A stretch of DNA of 64,000 bases. Origin: Escherichia phage ECBP2. Positions 54,380 to 63,153 of the stretch are shown here, piece after piece. The notes beneath the pieces are model-generated. The model saw nothing but the letters and a program-made list of their open reading frames with translations. It did not search any database and had not been told where the DNA came from. Location: the sequence record NC_018859.1. The stretch is one strand, 5' to 3'. The position numbers and the translations under genes were made by a program. How positions within the stretch are numbered: position 1 is the stretch's first letter; each line of letters begins with the position of its first letter.

Positions 54380-54688
54380 TTATAAGGAGAAAGACTTCTT
54401 ACAATCCTTATCTTCAAAAGTGTAGTAGCCTGTTGTATCAGGGAAGTAGGCATACTTTGTTTCTTTGCCATCAGTAGCCATGACACGATTACCAGAAGTT
54501 GTTTCTACAAACAGAAGCCCATCTCTTACCATACCATTAGATTCTTTGATACCAGTTAAGCTATGCTCTTTAAGAGTGCATTGCTGAACACTCTGATACT
54601 TAACTCCAATCTCTGCACTATTAACAGAGATGATACCAATGGTTGTCATTAGTAGTAAGGTTGAGATGATAAAATGCTTTTGTTTCAC
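54380..54688 (-). CDS. secreted protein
   Basis: Signal peptide MKQKHFIISTLLLMTTIGIISVNSA. Confidence 0.45.
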   Translation of the reverse strand: MKQKHFIISTLLLMTTIGIISVNSAEIGVKYQSVQQCTLKEHSLTGIKESNGMVRDGLLFVETTSGNRVMATDGKETKYAYFPDTTGYYTFEDKDCKKSFSL

Positions 54689-54706
54689 ATTAACCTCTGG
54701 ATTTAT

Positions 54707-54916
54707 TTAACTGAAGATACGCAAGGCCACATCGTGATAGATATGACCGGGGACTTTGTGCTGTTCTATTTTCAAACAGCGTTTACAGACACGAGATACA
54801 CGAGACTCTTTCGCTTCAACTGGAGTGTCTTTAGCGTGAGTGATATGTAAGTTTTCAGTGATCACCCACTCGTGTTTACATCCAGAATCTTCGGGCTTTT
54901 TCTTACGAAAGAACAT
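54707..54916 (-). CDS. small zinc-ribbon-like protein (family with the next two)
   Basis: CKHEW...CKRC. Confidence 0.4.
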   Translation of the reverse strand: MFFRKKKPEDSGCKHEWVITENLHITHAKDTPVEAKESRVSRVCKRCLKIEQHKVPGHIYHDVALRIFS

Positions 54917-54924
54917 AACACCTC

Positions 54925-55089
54925 TTAGATCAAATCTGTTTTCTTGTGCTTACCACACACTTTACAGCGGGAGTAGATACGCAACCCTTGCTGCTCTCCT
55001 CCAGCAATACGATGTGTAACCTTTAGTTCATAAGTAGAAAGATCTTCCCACTCATGGAAATGAAAGAAACGTTTGAACCATTTAATCAT
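54925..55089 (-). CDS. small zinc-ribbon-like protein (54 aa, below track cut-off)
   Basis: MIKWFKRFFHFHEWEDL...CKVCGKHKK. Confidence 0.35.
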   Translation of the reverse strand: MIKWFKRFFHFHEWEDLSTYELKVTHRIAGGEQQGLRIYSRCKVCGKHKKTDLI

Positions 55090-55098
55090 AACGATTCC

Positions 55099-55245
55099 TT
55101 AGATTATGTCACGATGACTAACTTCACCACACACTTTACACTGGATATCGTAACGTACGCCCCTTGAATCTCCACAGATCAGCGGACGGGTGGCAATAAT
55201 CTTCCAATCATGACAATGAAAGACACGCTTTATCCACGTAATCAT
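55099..55245 (-). CDS. small zinc-ribbon-like protein (48 aa, below track cut-off)
   Basis: MITWIKRVFHCHDWKII...CKVCGEVSHRD; paralog of the previous. Confidence 0.35.
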   Translation of the reverse strand: MITWIKRVFHCHDWKIIATRPLICGDSRGVRYDIQCKVCGEVSHRDII

Positions 55246-55246
55246 A

Positions 55247-55504
55247 TTAAACACACGCCGGTAGTTCAATTAACTGAGGAGCACGACAAGGACCATCTTC
55301 ATACACACCAACCAACGTTGGCATGTAAGGCCCAGCGCACTGGTATTCGTCGAACAGTTCGTTATAGTTAGGCTTCCACTTCCAAGCCCACACATAACCC
55401 ATTCGATCAATGGCAATGTAACGAGTGTTCAGAGGAACCTGCATCATCACATCACCAACTGCTATTACTTTCGTAATAACTGCTGCTCGGAAATTTGTCT
55501 TCAT
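55247..55504 (-). CDS. hypothetical protein
   Basis: 85-aa ORF. Confidence 0.4.
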   Translation of the reverse strand: MKTNFRAAVITKVIAVGDVMMQVPLNTRYIAIDRMGYVWAWKWKPNYNELFDEYQCAGPYMPTLVGVYEDGPCRAPQLIELPACV

Positions 55505-55752
55505 GGCGCTTTAATCTCAATCTGAACATTGACAACAAATACAGTATGGTTTGCACTGTACACCGAAGTGCCTATGATTGGCTTGTCATCACTGAGGATT
55601 TCAACAGCGTGTTCAAGGTTGATCTTCAGATGAAGACGCCCTGATTCCATGAAGAAATCACCAGCACGTATCTCACCGAACTTGGCTGGCACACCGATAG
55701 AGGGTATCAGTATGTCAGTGCGACCTTTACGGTCAAATAAACGATTAAACAT
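55501..55752 (-). CDS. small GDVF-motif family protein
   Basis: FGEIRAGDFFME. Confidence 0.45.
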   Translation of the reverse strand: MFNRLFDRKGRTDILIPSIGVPAKFGEIRAGDFFMESGRLHLKINLEHAVEILSDDKPIIGTSVYSANHTVFVVNVQIEIKAP

Positions 55753-55796
55753 ATCAACCTCTCTTGTTAGTTTAAGTAAGAGTTATCCCTTAATTA

Positions 55797-55827
55797 AAAC
55801 AACAAAGGCCACCCCGAAGGGCAGCCT
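55797..55827 (-). terminator. rho-independent terminator
   Basis: GGCTGCCC-TTCG-GGGTGGCC hairpin + U-run on the - strand. Confidence 0.5.
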
Positions 55828-55831
55828 CTTA

Positions 55832-56029
55832 TTAAGCACTACGCAGTTTGTTATTCAAGAAGCGATCTTCTGCATTATATAGGAATGCATAGAATAATTC
55901 TTTTGCTACATCCCGATCGCAATTGAGACATTTAGAAACCTGTAACAACAGGCCATCGCGACTGTTAGGATGGTCAATTATCGCAAGACGAATAATCTCA
56001 CGGATACCAACATCATGCTCAGCCGCCAT
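55832..56029 (-). CDS. hypothetical protein
   Basis: Track start 56041 is GTG; ATG (MAAEHDVG) at 56029. Confidence 0.35.
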   Translation of the reverse strand: MAAEHDVGIREIIRLAIIDHPNSRDGLLLQVSKCLNCDRDVAKELFYAFLYNAEDRFLNNKLRSA

Positions 56030-56159
56030 AGAACCAATCACCTTGACGCTTACGGATGTTAGTGGTCAGACGAAGCATGGCAGACTCAATCTTCAGAGCA
56101 CCATTTGCTACTGCATCCATACGTTCAGGACGGTTCATACGTTTGGTTGTCTTTTTCAT
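56019..56159 (-). CDS. small basic protein (46 aa, below track cut-off)
   Basis: MKKTTKRMNRPERMDAVANG... Confidence 0.3.
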   Translation of the reverse strand: MKKTTKRMNRPERMDAVANGALKIESAMLRLTTNIRKRQGDWFYGG

Positions 56160-56190
56160 AACGTTCTCTCTTTGTTAATGGAGGCAGGAT

Positions 56191-56223
56191 TGCCAGTTAA
56201 TATAAAGGGAAGCCCTACACGTT
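56191..56223 (-). terminator. putative terminator hairpin
   Basis: GGAAGCC...GGCTTCC 7-bp stem with 11-nt loop followed by a U-rich run on the - strand. Confidence 0.35.
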
Positions 56224-56347
56224 AAGGCTTCCGCTTGTACAAACTGTCGAGAACTCTCTACCCCTAGATTGTTCTCTATCCCAAACCGATACATACCCCT
56301 ACATATCGGAATGCCATTCGAAAATTAAACAGGTTTTAGTCTATCAC

Positions 56348-56465
56348 CGGATGTTTGAGACAAGTCTCGCCCTAGCGGTGAGCCATATGGCATTGAGATT
56401 ATAGTTAATTGAGGAACATCCTCACATAGCCCTCTGATAAACACAAGGGCTATAAGTCGATGTTA
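56348..56465 (-). other. conserved 3' non-coding element, copy 2
   Basis: Core shared with 50685-50815; begins at the stop of gene 56463-56687. Confidence 0.5.
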
Positions 56466-56687
56466 CTTATTAGTTAGTCGAACGTTAGGCACAAGTTTAA
56501 CTGCTGCTGTTTTCATCTCTCCAATGACCTTACCGGTAGAGAGATTAACAAAATAAGCAGTGACTTCACCACCACAAGCTGTACGCATATAATAACTGCT
56601 TCCAGTTCTGTCAAACTGAAAAACGTCTCCCGGCTTTACATCACCAAGAGTTGTGACGCTTTGCTTTTTATCAATATCAATCTTCAT
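56463..56687 (-). CDS. small GDVF-motif family protein
   Basis: LGDVKPGDVFQF. Confidence 0.5.
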   Translation of the reverse strand: MKIDIDKKQSVTTLGDVKPGDVFQFDRTGSSYYMRTACGGEVTAYFVNLSTGKVIGEMKTAAVKLVPNVRLTNK

Positions 56688-56918
56688 TTAACCACCAATA
56701 TTCGTTACTTGTACATTAGGTACAGAGATAACTTCATGATCTTCAGGTATCTGGAACAAAGTCCCCTGACCAAGACCAACGACACGGCGCATACCCTGCA
56801 CATAGGTGTCTGTCTTTAGGTAGAGGTGTTCAGTGTTATTTTGTAATCGGAATACGTCACCCGGACGTAGATCGCTGAGCTTTTTAGTAACAACTAAAGA
56901 TGGGAGATTAATTTTCAT
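56688..56918 (-). CDS. small GDVF-motif family protein
   Basis: LSDLRPGDVFRL. Confidence 0.5.
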   Translation of the reverse strand: MKINLPSLVVTKKLSDLRPGDVFRLQNNTEHLYLKTDTYVQGMRRVVGLGQGTLFQIPEDHEVISVPNVQVTNIGG

Positions 56919-57157
56919 TACTTACTCTCGATAGCAATTTTGTATTCATACTTAGAGACTTCAGCGTCCGCAGAAACCTTAAGTATATCAGAGGTGTTGT
57001 TTAATTGCATTGCCGATGAATATTGAGATGATACCTTCATCCAGAAAAAGGTGTCACCATCGGGGTTTTGAAACTTGAAGATGTCCCCATTAGAGAGGTC
57101 ACCGAAAGTTAACTTATTTTGTTTAGGCTTGGGGATGATTTCGAAATTCATTTTCAT
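56918..57157 (-). CDS. small GDVF-motif family protein
   Basis: FGDLSNGDIFKF. Confidence 0.5.
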   Translation of the reverse strand: MKMNFEIIPKPKQNKLTFGDLSNGDIFKFQNPDGDTFFWMKVSSQYSSAMQLNNTSDILKVSADAEVSKYEYKIAIESK

Positions 57158-57345
57158 TTGATTAACACCAAATCAGTACGACGTTCGAAGGAAGGGGAAG
57201 ACTCACCATTCCACTGAACAAGATAACAGAGAACACCATCAATTATTGTTCTCTGACGAATAACACCTGTAATAGTTCCACCAACAAGGCGAACGGTGTC
57301 GCCAATGGTAATTTTAACCTTTGAGCGCATCTCCTGTTTCCTCAT
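57154..57345 (-). CDS. small protein related to the GDVF family
   Basis: KITIGDTVRLVGGTITGVI...LCYLVQWNG; start taken at an internal Met of track ORF 57154-57483. Confidence 0.35.
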   Translation of the reverse strand: MRKQEMRSKVKITIGDTVRLVGGTITGVIRQRTIIDGVLCYLVQWNGESSPSFERRTDLVLIK

Positions 57346-57619
57346 TCTGGCGTTTAATTTCTTCAGTGAGTTGCTTATTGAGATCTTGAATACGCTTAAT
57401 CTCCCAACCCAAAGAAGCCAAACGATCATTACGTGCTTCGATTTGCTCCTGCATCTTTGCCAGCTTAAGTCGAGTAGCATCATTAAAGTCTTCCTCTAGC
57501 TTAAGAAGGAACTCGTAACAACGCTTCCAGCTTGCTGATTTATTTCTTAAAATAATAAATCCTAGAGTAGAAATCGTTACAGTGAGTACGAAAAGAAATT
57601 TATAAACCTCTAAAGTCAT
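57314..57619 (-). CDS. membrane-anchored coiled-coil protein
   Basis: N-terminal TMD FLFVLTVTISTLGFIIL then coiled-coil. Confidence 0.4.
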   Translation of the reverse strand: MTLEVYKFLFVLTVTISTLGFIILRNKSASWKRCYEFLLKLEEDFNDATRLKLAKMQEQIEARNDRLASLGWEIKRIQDLNKQLTEEIKRQNEETGDALKG

Positions 57620-57820
57620 ATCTTTATCCTCTTAAAGTAAGATATTATAAGAAATATTATTTAGAATTTATTATTTCTAAACTTAATTTCTATCAATAAT
57701 TTTCAGAGGTCTATATACAGTCATTACCTCTGGTTCCGAATCACTACCACTTTTTGCAGAGAAAATCATAAGTAGGTGATTTATAAAGGAATTTAGTTTG
57801 CCAATCTTGGCACCTATGAA

Positions 57821-58207
57821 TCAGTCACGGGCACTATTATTGAACACTAAATCACCACAATACATAGGATTGGTATACCACTTTGGCACCCCTTCACTCT
57901 TACTTTGAAAGTGTGTACCGCTGTACAAAGGCACATAATCTTTCTTCAGTGCACGTCTTGCAAGCCGCTCGCTCTCTCTGATTGACTTCTTAGTCAGAGG
58001 GTTATCATCACGAATCAGCTTTACATAACGCTTAAAAGGTTTCTCCTTCTTTAATAAGACGGGTATCCACTCGAACTGGTTTCGTTGGTTTATAACCTGC
58101 TCGGCAGTCAGTTTTCGTTGTGACATTCTGTTTATTACGGTATCCGCTACTAATGCTTTGCAAGCGGTTGGCTGATTCCCTGCCTCATAATAAATAGTCA
58201 ATGTCAA
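57821..58207 (-). CDS. cell-wall hydrolase-like protein (SleB/CwlJ-type)
   Basis: YYEAGNQPTACKALVADTVINRM resembles the N-terminal motif of SleB-family hydrolases. Confidence 0.4.
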   Translation of the reverse strand: MTLTIYYEAGNQPTACKALVADTVINRMSQRKLTAEQVINQRNQFEWIPVLLKKEKPFKRYVKLIRDDNPLTKKSIRESERLARRALKKDYVPLYSGTHFQSKSEGVPKWYTNPMYCGDLVFNNSARD

Positions 58208-58260
58208 AAGTAGCTGGGCTGTCGTTATCAGAACTTACTACCCCCTTGTTTTACGGGCAT

Positions 58261-58285
58261 AAAAAAGCCCCATCCGAAGACGGGG
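58261..58285 (-). terminator. rho-independent terminator
   Basis: GCCCCGTC-TTCG-GATGGGGC hairpin + U5 on the - strand. Confidence 0.45.
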
Positions 58286-58445
58286 CGACCTGAAAGAGTG
58301 AACATGACCTCACTCATTTAAGAATCCTCGCAAAGACTCTTAAAAAAGCGGCCTCGTTAAAGGCCCGGTCAAATGACCATCCAATAGGGATTGAACCATG
58401 CCAATGATTCACAAAGGGAGTTCCCTTTAGGCATCACTAGCTACG

Positions 58446-58466
58446 CAAAAAGCCGCACAAAGGCGG
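58446..58466 (-). terminator. rho-independent terminator
   Basis: GCCGCC-TTTGT-GCGGC hairpin + U5 on the - strand. Confidence 0.45.
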
Positions 58467-58527
58467 CAGACACAAAGACGCTCAAGAAGAGCGTCATAGT
58501 AGTTGACTACTGGTACAGAGAAGAGGC

Positions 58528-58971
58528 TTACTTCACTCTCGCTTCCTTGATGGGGTCAATGTATTTTTCAACTCCCCATTTATGCTGACTATCAGCGTAG
58601 AAAACATCCGGTGCACACTGGCTTGTCTTAGGGAAAGCCTGCGGGTCTTTCGTGCTACCCTTAAACTTCTGTTTACCACGGGTGCGACCATTACAGAAGA
58701 TTTCTAACTTCTTCTCTTCTTCGGTTTTAGCTCCCCCGCTCTGTAACAAAGAACGTTTATGATCAGCTAACAACAACGCATCAGCACGATGGACACGATG
58801 GCCTACACGTTTTGCCACACTGGAAGGAACATGGGATTCAGCCTCAGCCTTTGCAGCACGACGTTTTAAACTGCGCTTACTGACGTGATTGGTTGCCTTC
58901 GACTTCTCTTTCTCCAGTTCAGAGATAGAAAAACAACGCCCGCCCTTCATGCTGATTTTAGATTTAGCCAC
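58528..58971 (-). CDS. hypothetical basic protein
   Basis: 147-aa Lys/Arg-rich ORF. Confidence 0.4.
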   Translation of the reverse strand: MAKSKISMKGGRCFSISELEKEKSKATNHVSKRSLKRRAAKAEAESHVPSSVAKRVGHRVHRADALLLADHKRSLLQSGGAKTEEEKKLEIFCNGRTRGKQKFKGSTKDPQAFPKTSQCAPDVFYADSQHKWGVEKYIDPIKEARVK

Positions 58972-59040
58972 AATCTTATTCCTTTTAGTGATAAGTTATA
59001 TCGGGCAAGCCCATCAAGGCGATAGGCTTGAACAAATAAC

Positions 59041-59250
59041 TTAATCAAGTAAACCGAATGACTTCCAACTGCGTAGCAGGATTGTACCGTCATCCATAGT
59101 TACACATAATTTTAGTAGTTTCTTATTGGCACTACTCACCGTTGTAATTCTTCCGGTTGTGCATTTACCTTTATTGCTGTAAAGATATACAACACGACGG
59201 CCTAACAGTCGGGAAGGAGCTTTCTTAAATTCTGAGATGTTAGTGATCAT
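59041..59250 (-). CDS. hypothetical protein
   Basis: 69-aa ORF. Confidence 0.4.
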   Translation of the reverse strand: MITNISEFKKAPSRLLGRRVVYLYSNKGKCTTGRITTVSSANKKLLKLCVTMDDGTILLRSWKSFGLLD

Positions 59251-59471
59251 AATGCTTGATACCTTTGAATGTGTTCAATACGGGTAGATTGAGCAAAGGA
59301 CGCTTTAACAGCCATTTTCCTAACTTCTTCTTTACGCTGATTGGTGTGTACAGTATCCCAATGGTTGTTATCACGTTGGCGCTGTAATATCTTACTGCAT
59401 TTGCGATGGTTTCCCGTGCTGCGATGTTTCTCACAAATAGGACACTTGCCAAAATTGCTACTGAATATCAT
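59247..59471 (-). CDS. small zinc-finger-like protein
   Basis: CPICEKHRSTGNHRKC. Confidence 0.4.
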   Translation of the reverse strand: MIFSSNFGKCPICEKHRSTGNHRKCSKILQRQRDNNHWDTVHTNQRKEEVRKMAVKASFAQSTRIEHIQRYQAL

Positions 59472-59695
59472 TTTCTCAATCCCAACTTTCTTAAGATACG
59501 GCCTAACGTTGTTTCTTGCGTGATAATATAGCTGATCGCTTCACGTTCCAACGTTTCGATCTTCATTGGCGACGGATACCATTCACCGGTAATCACACAT
59601 TTACACTCAACGCCATACTTTTTAGATAGGCGGTAATGTTGACCGTTGACAAGGTTTCTATAAATCGTGGTATGCGTAATTAACATGATCATCAC
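59468..59695 (-). CDS. hypothetical protein
   Basis: 75-aa ORF, ATGA overlap. Confidence 0.4.
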   Translation of the reverse strand: MMIMLITHTTIYRNLVNGQHYRLSKKYGVECKCVITGEWYPSPMKIETLEREAISYIITQETTLGRILRKLGLRK

Positions 59696-59797
59696 CTTTG
59701 ATTAAATTCTTTGATTAATGCACTGAATCAATGCACTGATAAAAGAAAAGGCGCTACCCGTTAAGATAGCGCCTTATGTTTATTCAAATTGTCTTAC

Positions 59798-60706
59798 TTA
59801 TGCTGCCTGACGTGCTGCCATAATCTCAGCCGCTTTACGCAATACTTCTTCCTCTTCTTCTTTCGCAGCTTGTTCGGTACGGGTAGCAACCGTTGAAGAG
59901 ATACGACCGCGCAGGCTTTCTAACTTCTCCTGCATTTTGGCAATGGTGGATTCCATTTCATCGGCATACGAATCCAGTGATTCCAGTTCCTTGCTTGATG
60001 CGTTCATCAGATAATCATCAGAGATCGCTACCGTTGAAGCCGTGACTTTCTTGATGAGTGAGTCAAAAGACTTCTTAACCTTGCCTACTTCTTCACTCAG
60101 GGCAATAGTATTATCACTGGTAGCGCCGTTACGTTCATCAGCCAATAATTTTGCTTCAATACGGATTGCATTTAAGCGTTCAACCAAAGCGTAAATATCT
60201 TGGTTAAAATCTTCCTTGTTTTTCGCCGGGATTTGCAGGTGTGCCGCCACGTTGTCATTGCAACCCTTGTAAAAGTTAGGGTTATCTACTTCAATTTCAC
60301 GACCTAACGCAAAGTTTTCGAAAGCGTTCGACCAGCGAGCGCGATTCTGTTCCATTTTGGCCTTAATTTGCGCTTCTTTCGCATCTTCTTTCGCTTTCGC
60401 TTCACCTTCCAGATTAATCCACTTTTTACGACCGTTTGCCGCATCGGTGTTAAACTTGACAGGAGTCAGGAAAGTGATTGCAGTGGCGATCACATCCATA
60501 TCACGAAAACGCTCGGTTAACAGAAAATCGACCGCCGCCTGCAATACGTCTAACTTTTTACCGTTGCTGCGGAAGTGCTGCAAATGACCTAACAGAAAAT
60601 TAGAAACATCTTGCTTAATCGCCGCGTTATTGCTACGAATGTTGTTAGCCAGTGCGTTAAAACCAGACTCTTTTACCAGATTAAAAATTTTAGCCATGAT
60701 ATTCAC
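59798..60706 (-). CDS. coiled-coil hypothetical protein (first gene of the - arm)
   Basis: 302-aa ORF; Ala/Glu/Lys-rich; visibly more GC-rich than downstream genes. Confidence 0.5.
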   Translation of the reverse strand: MNIMAKIFNLVKESGFNALANNIRSNNAAIKQDVSNFLLGHLQHFRSNGKKLDVLQAAVDFLLTERFRDMDVIATAITFLTPVKFNTDAANGRKKWINLEGEAKAKEDAKEAQIKAKMEQNRARWSNAFENFALGREIEVDNPNFYKGCNDNVAAHLQIPAKNKEDFNQDIYALVERLNAIRIEAKLLADERNGATSDNTIALSEEVGKVKKSFDSLIKKVTASTVAISDDYLMNASSKELESLDSYADEMESTIAKMQEKLESLRGRISSTVATRTEQAAKEEEEEVLRKAAEIMAARQAA

Positions 60707-61499
60707 CTTTCAATTGTAAGGGCACTATGCCCCGCTCTCTATGAGCTTTTTAAGTCGCCATTGACTTATCAATATCCACTCATTGTTAAGTAATTATTGA
60801 TAAGTGGGGCGGTCTTATCAGAAGTTAACCTTGCCGCCCCTTTATCTGTGATGTTTCATCTGGTATCTTTAATTAGTCGCTATAAACGAAGCCGACCTGA
60901 TAGCGATGATCAATCATCACAATAAGGCAGTGCGTCCGACTCTAATTAGTTACTTTATTGTAACCGTCGGCAATATCGTCTACTTTGCTTTCGCTCTCGC
61001 CTATCCTTTTATACTAACTCTCAATCGCTAACCATCGCCCACTACGGGAGGTTATTGCGAAAGAGTCATTAGCCGTCTAATATTCCGACGTTTTATATCT
61101 TTCGGCAAGTTTACTACATAACCCGACTATGTACTTTCATCTTATGATGAATCTCAAGCCGTTCACATCGTAAACGTTCACACTAAACCTTATTGTTAAA
61201 TAGCAATTTGCCACTTTTTAACCACTCCCCGCCGCTCTCAATTGAGCGTTAATTCGTCGGACTTGCCTACCCTGATTAACTTCTTTCACTGTAGCACCAT
61301 GTTAGCGATGGCCGCCGCTACCCTTAACCGTGGGCGATTAGCTTAAGCCTTTGCGTGTACTCAATGAATCCGTTTATCAGTGGTGACTTTTCCAGTAAGG
61401 GAATGTAAAACTGTTTACCCTGATATTTTAGGGAGTTTTACGCCGTTTTATCTGGTATGCTGTCCGATGGTTATTATCTTCCAGCATATTTAACCGATA

Positions 61500-62470
61500 T
61501 AGGAGAATGTTTAAATTGTTAAAGAGCGGTAAATCTATCAACGTGCTTTCTCACGTTATGCAACTGTTAGCCGTTGTTACGCTTTTCACTGAAGCGGTGA
61601 TTTGCTCAAGTGATGCTCATTATGGACCATGTTGTTTTTGCCGTCAATCACTTTTTTAATCTTTTTCGTCGTTCCCGCTATTGGGAGGATATATCAACCC
61701 GCTTTATTGGGTTGAAGATTAAGCGATGAGGCTTAACCCATGATTCATATTGTTAAAGAGCGTTTAGCCTTTTATAGTGTCTGCTAATCACTACATCATT
61801 AAAGGCTTACTTGTTCATTAACGGGGCGCCTAAGCCCGAACTACCCGCTGCACTATGTGCCACCTTTCCCGCGATACGTTGATTTGGGAACTAGTTAACG
61901 TTGTTTTGTTAACTTGTGGTTAGTATGGACTACCTTAACCACGTTTGCAACCTCTTTTTTATCATCTTCTTTTATTCTTTTCCCTTATCTCGCGTGAATC
62001 TATGCGAAAGGGCAAGATGATAAGTCTGATTTGTCTTTTAGGAATCTAGTGCGCTTTCAAGCATTGACCATTTGAAAGTATCGAACAAATGAGGCTTATT
62101 TTGTTGCTCATCGTCCGCATGTTCACGTATGAATCAGGAATCAATTCTAGTGGTCAACTAAGCGCCTTATAGTAATGACGTTCCCGCCACCTGTAAGACA
62201 AATCATATTTTTAAAGAGCGGGATTTTTCAAGTCATCGCTGACTATGCTCACTATATATCAGGCTTTTTCCGGTGTCAATACTCTTTTTCAAGTATTTTC
62301 ACTTTCTAGCCTGATTTTTAAAGAGCGGGGCAATTTCTTGCCTTGTATGTTTTACATCGTACCCGATGAAATGAAGTATACATTAATCAGATGAGGTTGC
62401 AATAGGGTAAAGCAAATTATTTTAAACTTTTTCACTATAGGGAGGTAAAAGAGCGGGCGCACGTGATACA
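61500..62470. repeat. dispersed copies of an AAAGAGCG(G) motif in a non-coding region
   Basis: TTAAAGAGCGG-like sites at about 61515, 61753, 62214, 62325 and 62449, plus 63701; no ORF of 60 aa or more between 60793 and 62352. Confidence 0.45.
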
Positions 62471-62558
62471 TCATAGGAAACGGCTTGTAAAGCGATAAAA
62501 AGCGGCCTGAAACGCACTGTAGCGAGCTAAAAGGGAGTAAGGTATACAATCACCTTAG

Positions 62559-62586
62559 AAAAGAAAAAAGCCTCATAGCGAGGCTT
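62559..62586 (-). terminator. rho-independent terminator
   Basis: AAGCCTC-GCTAT-GAGGCTT hairpin + U-run on the - strand. Confidence 0.5.
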
Positions 62587-62664
62587 ATAAGAAGGGTTTA
62601 AAACATCAGATAGATTATGACCATAGGCATGACCACGGCACAATAAAGAAGGAAGATCAGTCCT

Positions 62665-62772
62665 ATGGATTTAAGCATTACCCATAGCCGATAGTAAAAC
62701 ACCCAGCAGGAGAACGACCAGAAAAAACCCTACAACCGTTTTAATGATGAATTTAATAAACCACATAGCCAT
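62665..62772 (-). CDS. small hydrophobic peptide (35 aa, below track cut-off)
   Basis: MAMWFIKFIIKTVVGFFLVVLLLGVLLSAMGNA behind an AAGAGG RBS. Confidence 0.3.
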
Positions 62773-62860
62773 AAACCTCTTTAATTAAAGGATGTAAGAA
62801 TAAAGCATATCAGCGACGAATAACGCCACTGTAACGACGAATAAGCACCGCCAAAAATAA

Positions 62861-63127
62861 TCATTCCCCATTTATATCACCCTCAATCAGCCCATGATTT
62901 AGCAGGTTAGCAAGTGATAATCCACCGTCAAAATATATAGAACGAAAATCATCGCGGGTAATTTCAAAATCAGCAAAGGCTAGCCAATCTTTAAGAGGCT
63001 GATATTCCATCCTGCAAAAAGTGATAACAGGTAACGTTATCTGACCATCAAGTGTGTTAAACATGATAGATTGCTCGCCAACAAAACAAGAAAAGCCGTT
63101 TGATAATTTAACTTCTTTAATAGCCAT
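62861..63127 (-). CDS. hypothetical protein
   Basis: 88-aa ORF downstream of 63154-63645. Confidence 0.4.
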   Translation of the reverse strand: MAIKEVKLSNGFSCFVGEQSIMFNTLDGQITLPVITFCRMEYQPLKDWLAFADFEITRDDFRSIYFDGGLSLANLLNHGLIEGDINGE

Positions 63128-63153
63128 TATTTATACTCCAAAAAATAGATTAT

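Noticed and set aside
58330-58440. GGGATTGAACC resembling the reverse complement of a tRNA T-arm
   Set aside because: No acceptor, D or anticodon stems can be drawn around it on either strand.
60842-61467. TTTATCTG/TTTATCAG repeats as DnaA boxes
   Set aside because: They do not match the TTATNCACA consensus in either orientation.
62431-62450. CACTATAGGGAGG, a 12-of-13 match to the T7 promoter core (-7 to +5)
   Set aside because: Single clear occurrence, with a weaker CACTACGGGAGG at 61030. No single-subunit RNA polymerase gene is in the window, the upstream specificity region does not match, and the + strand orientation points away from any + strand gene. Treated as part of the GGGAGGT...AAAGAG repeat family.
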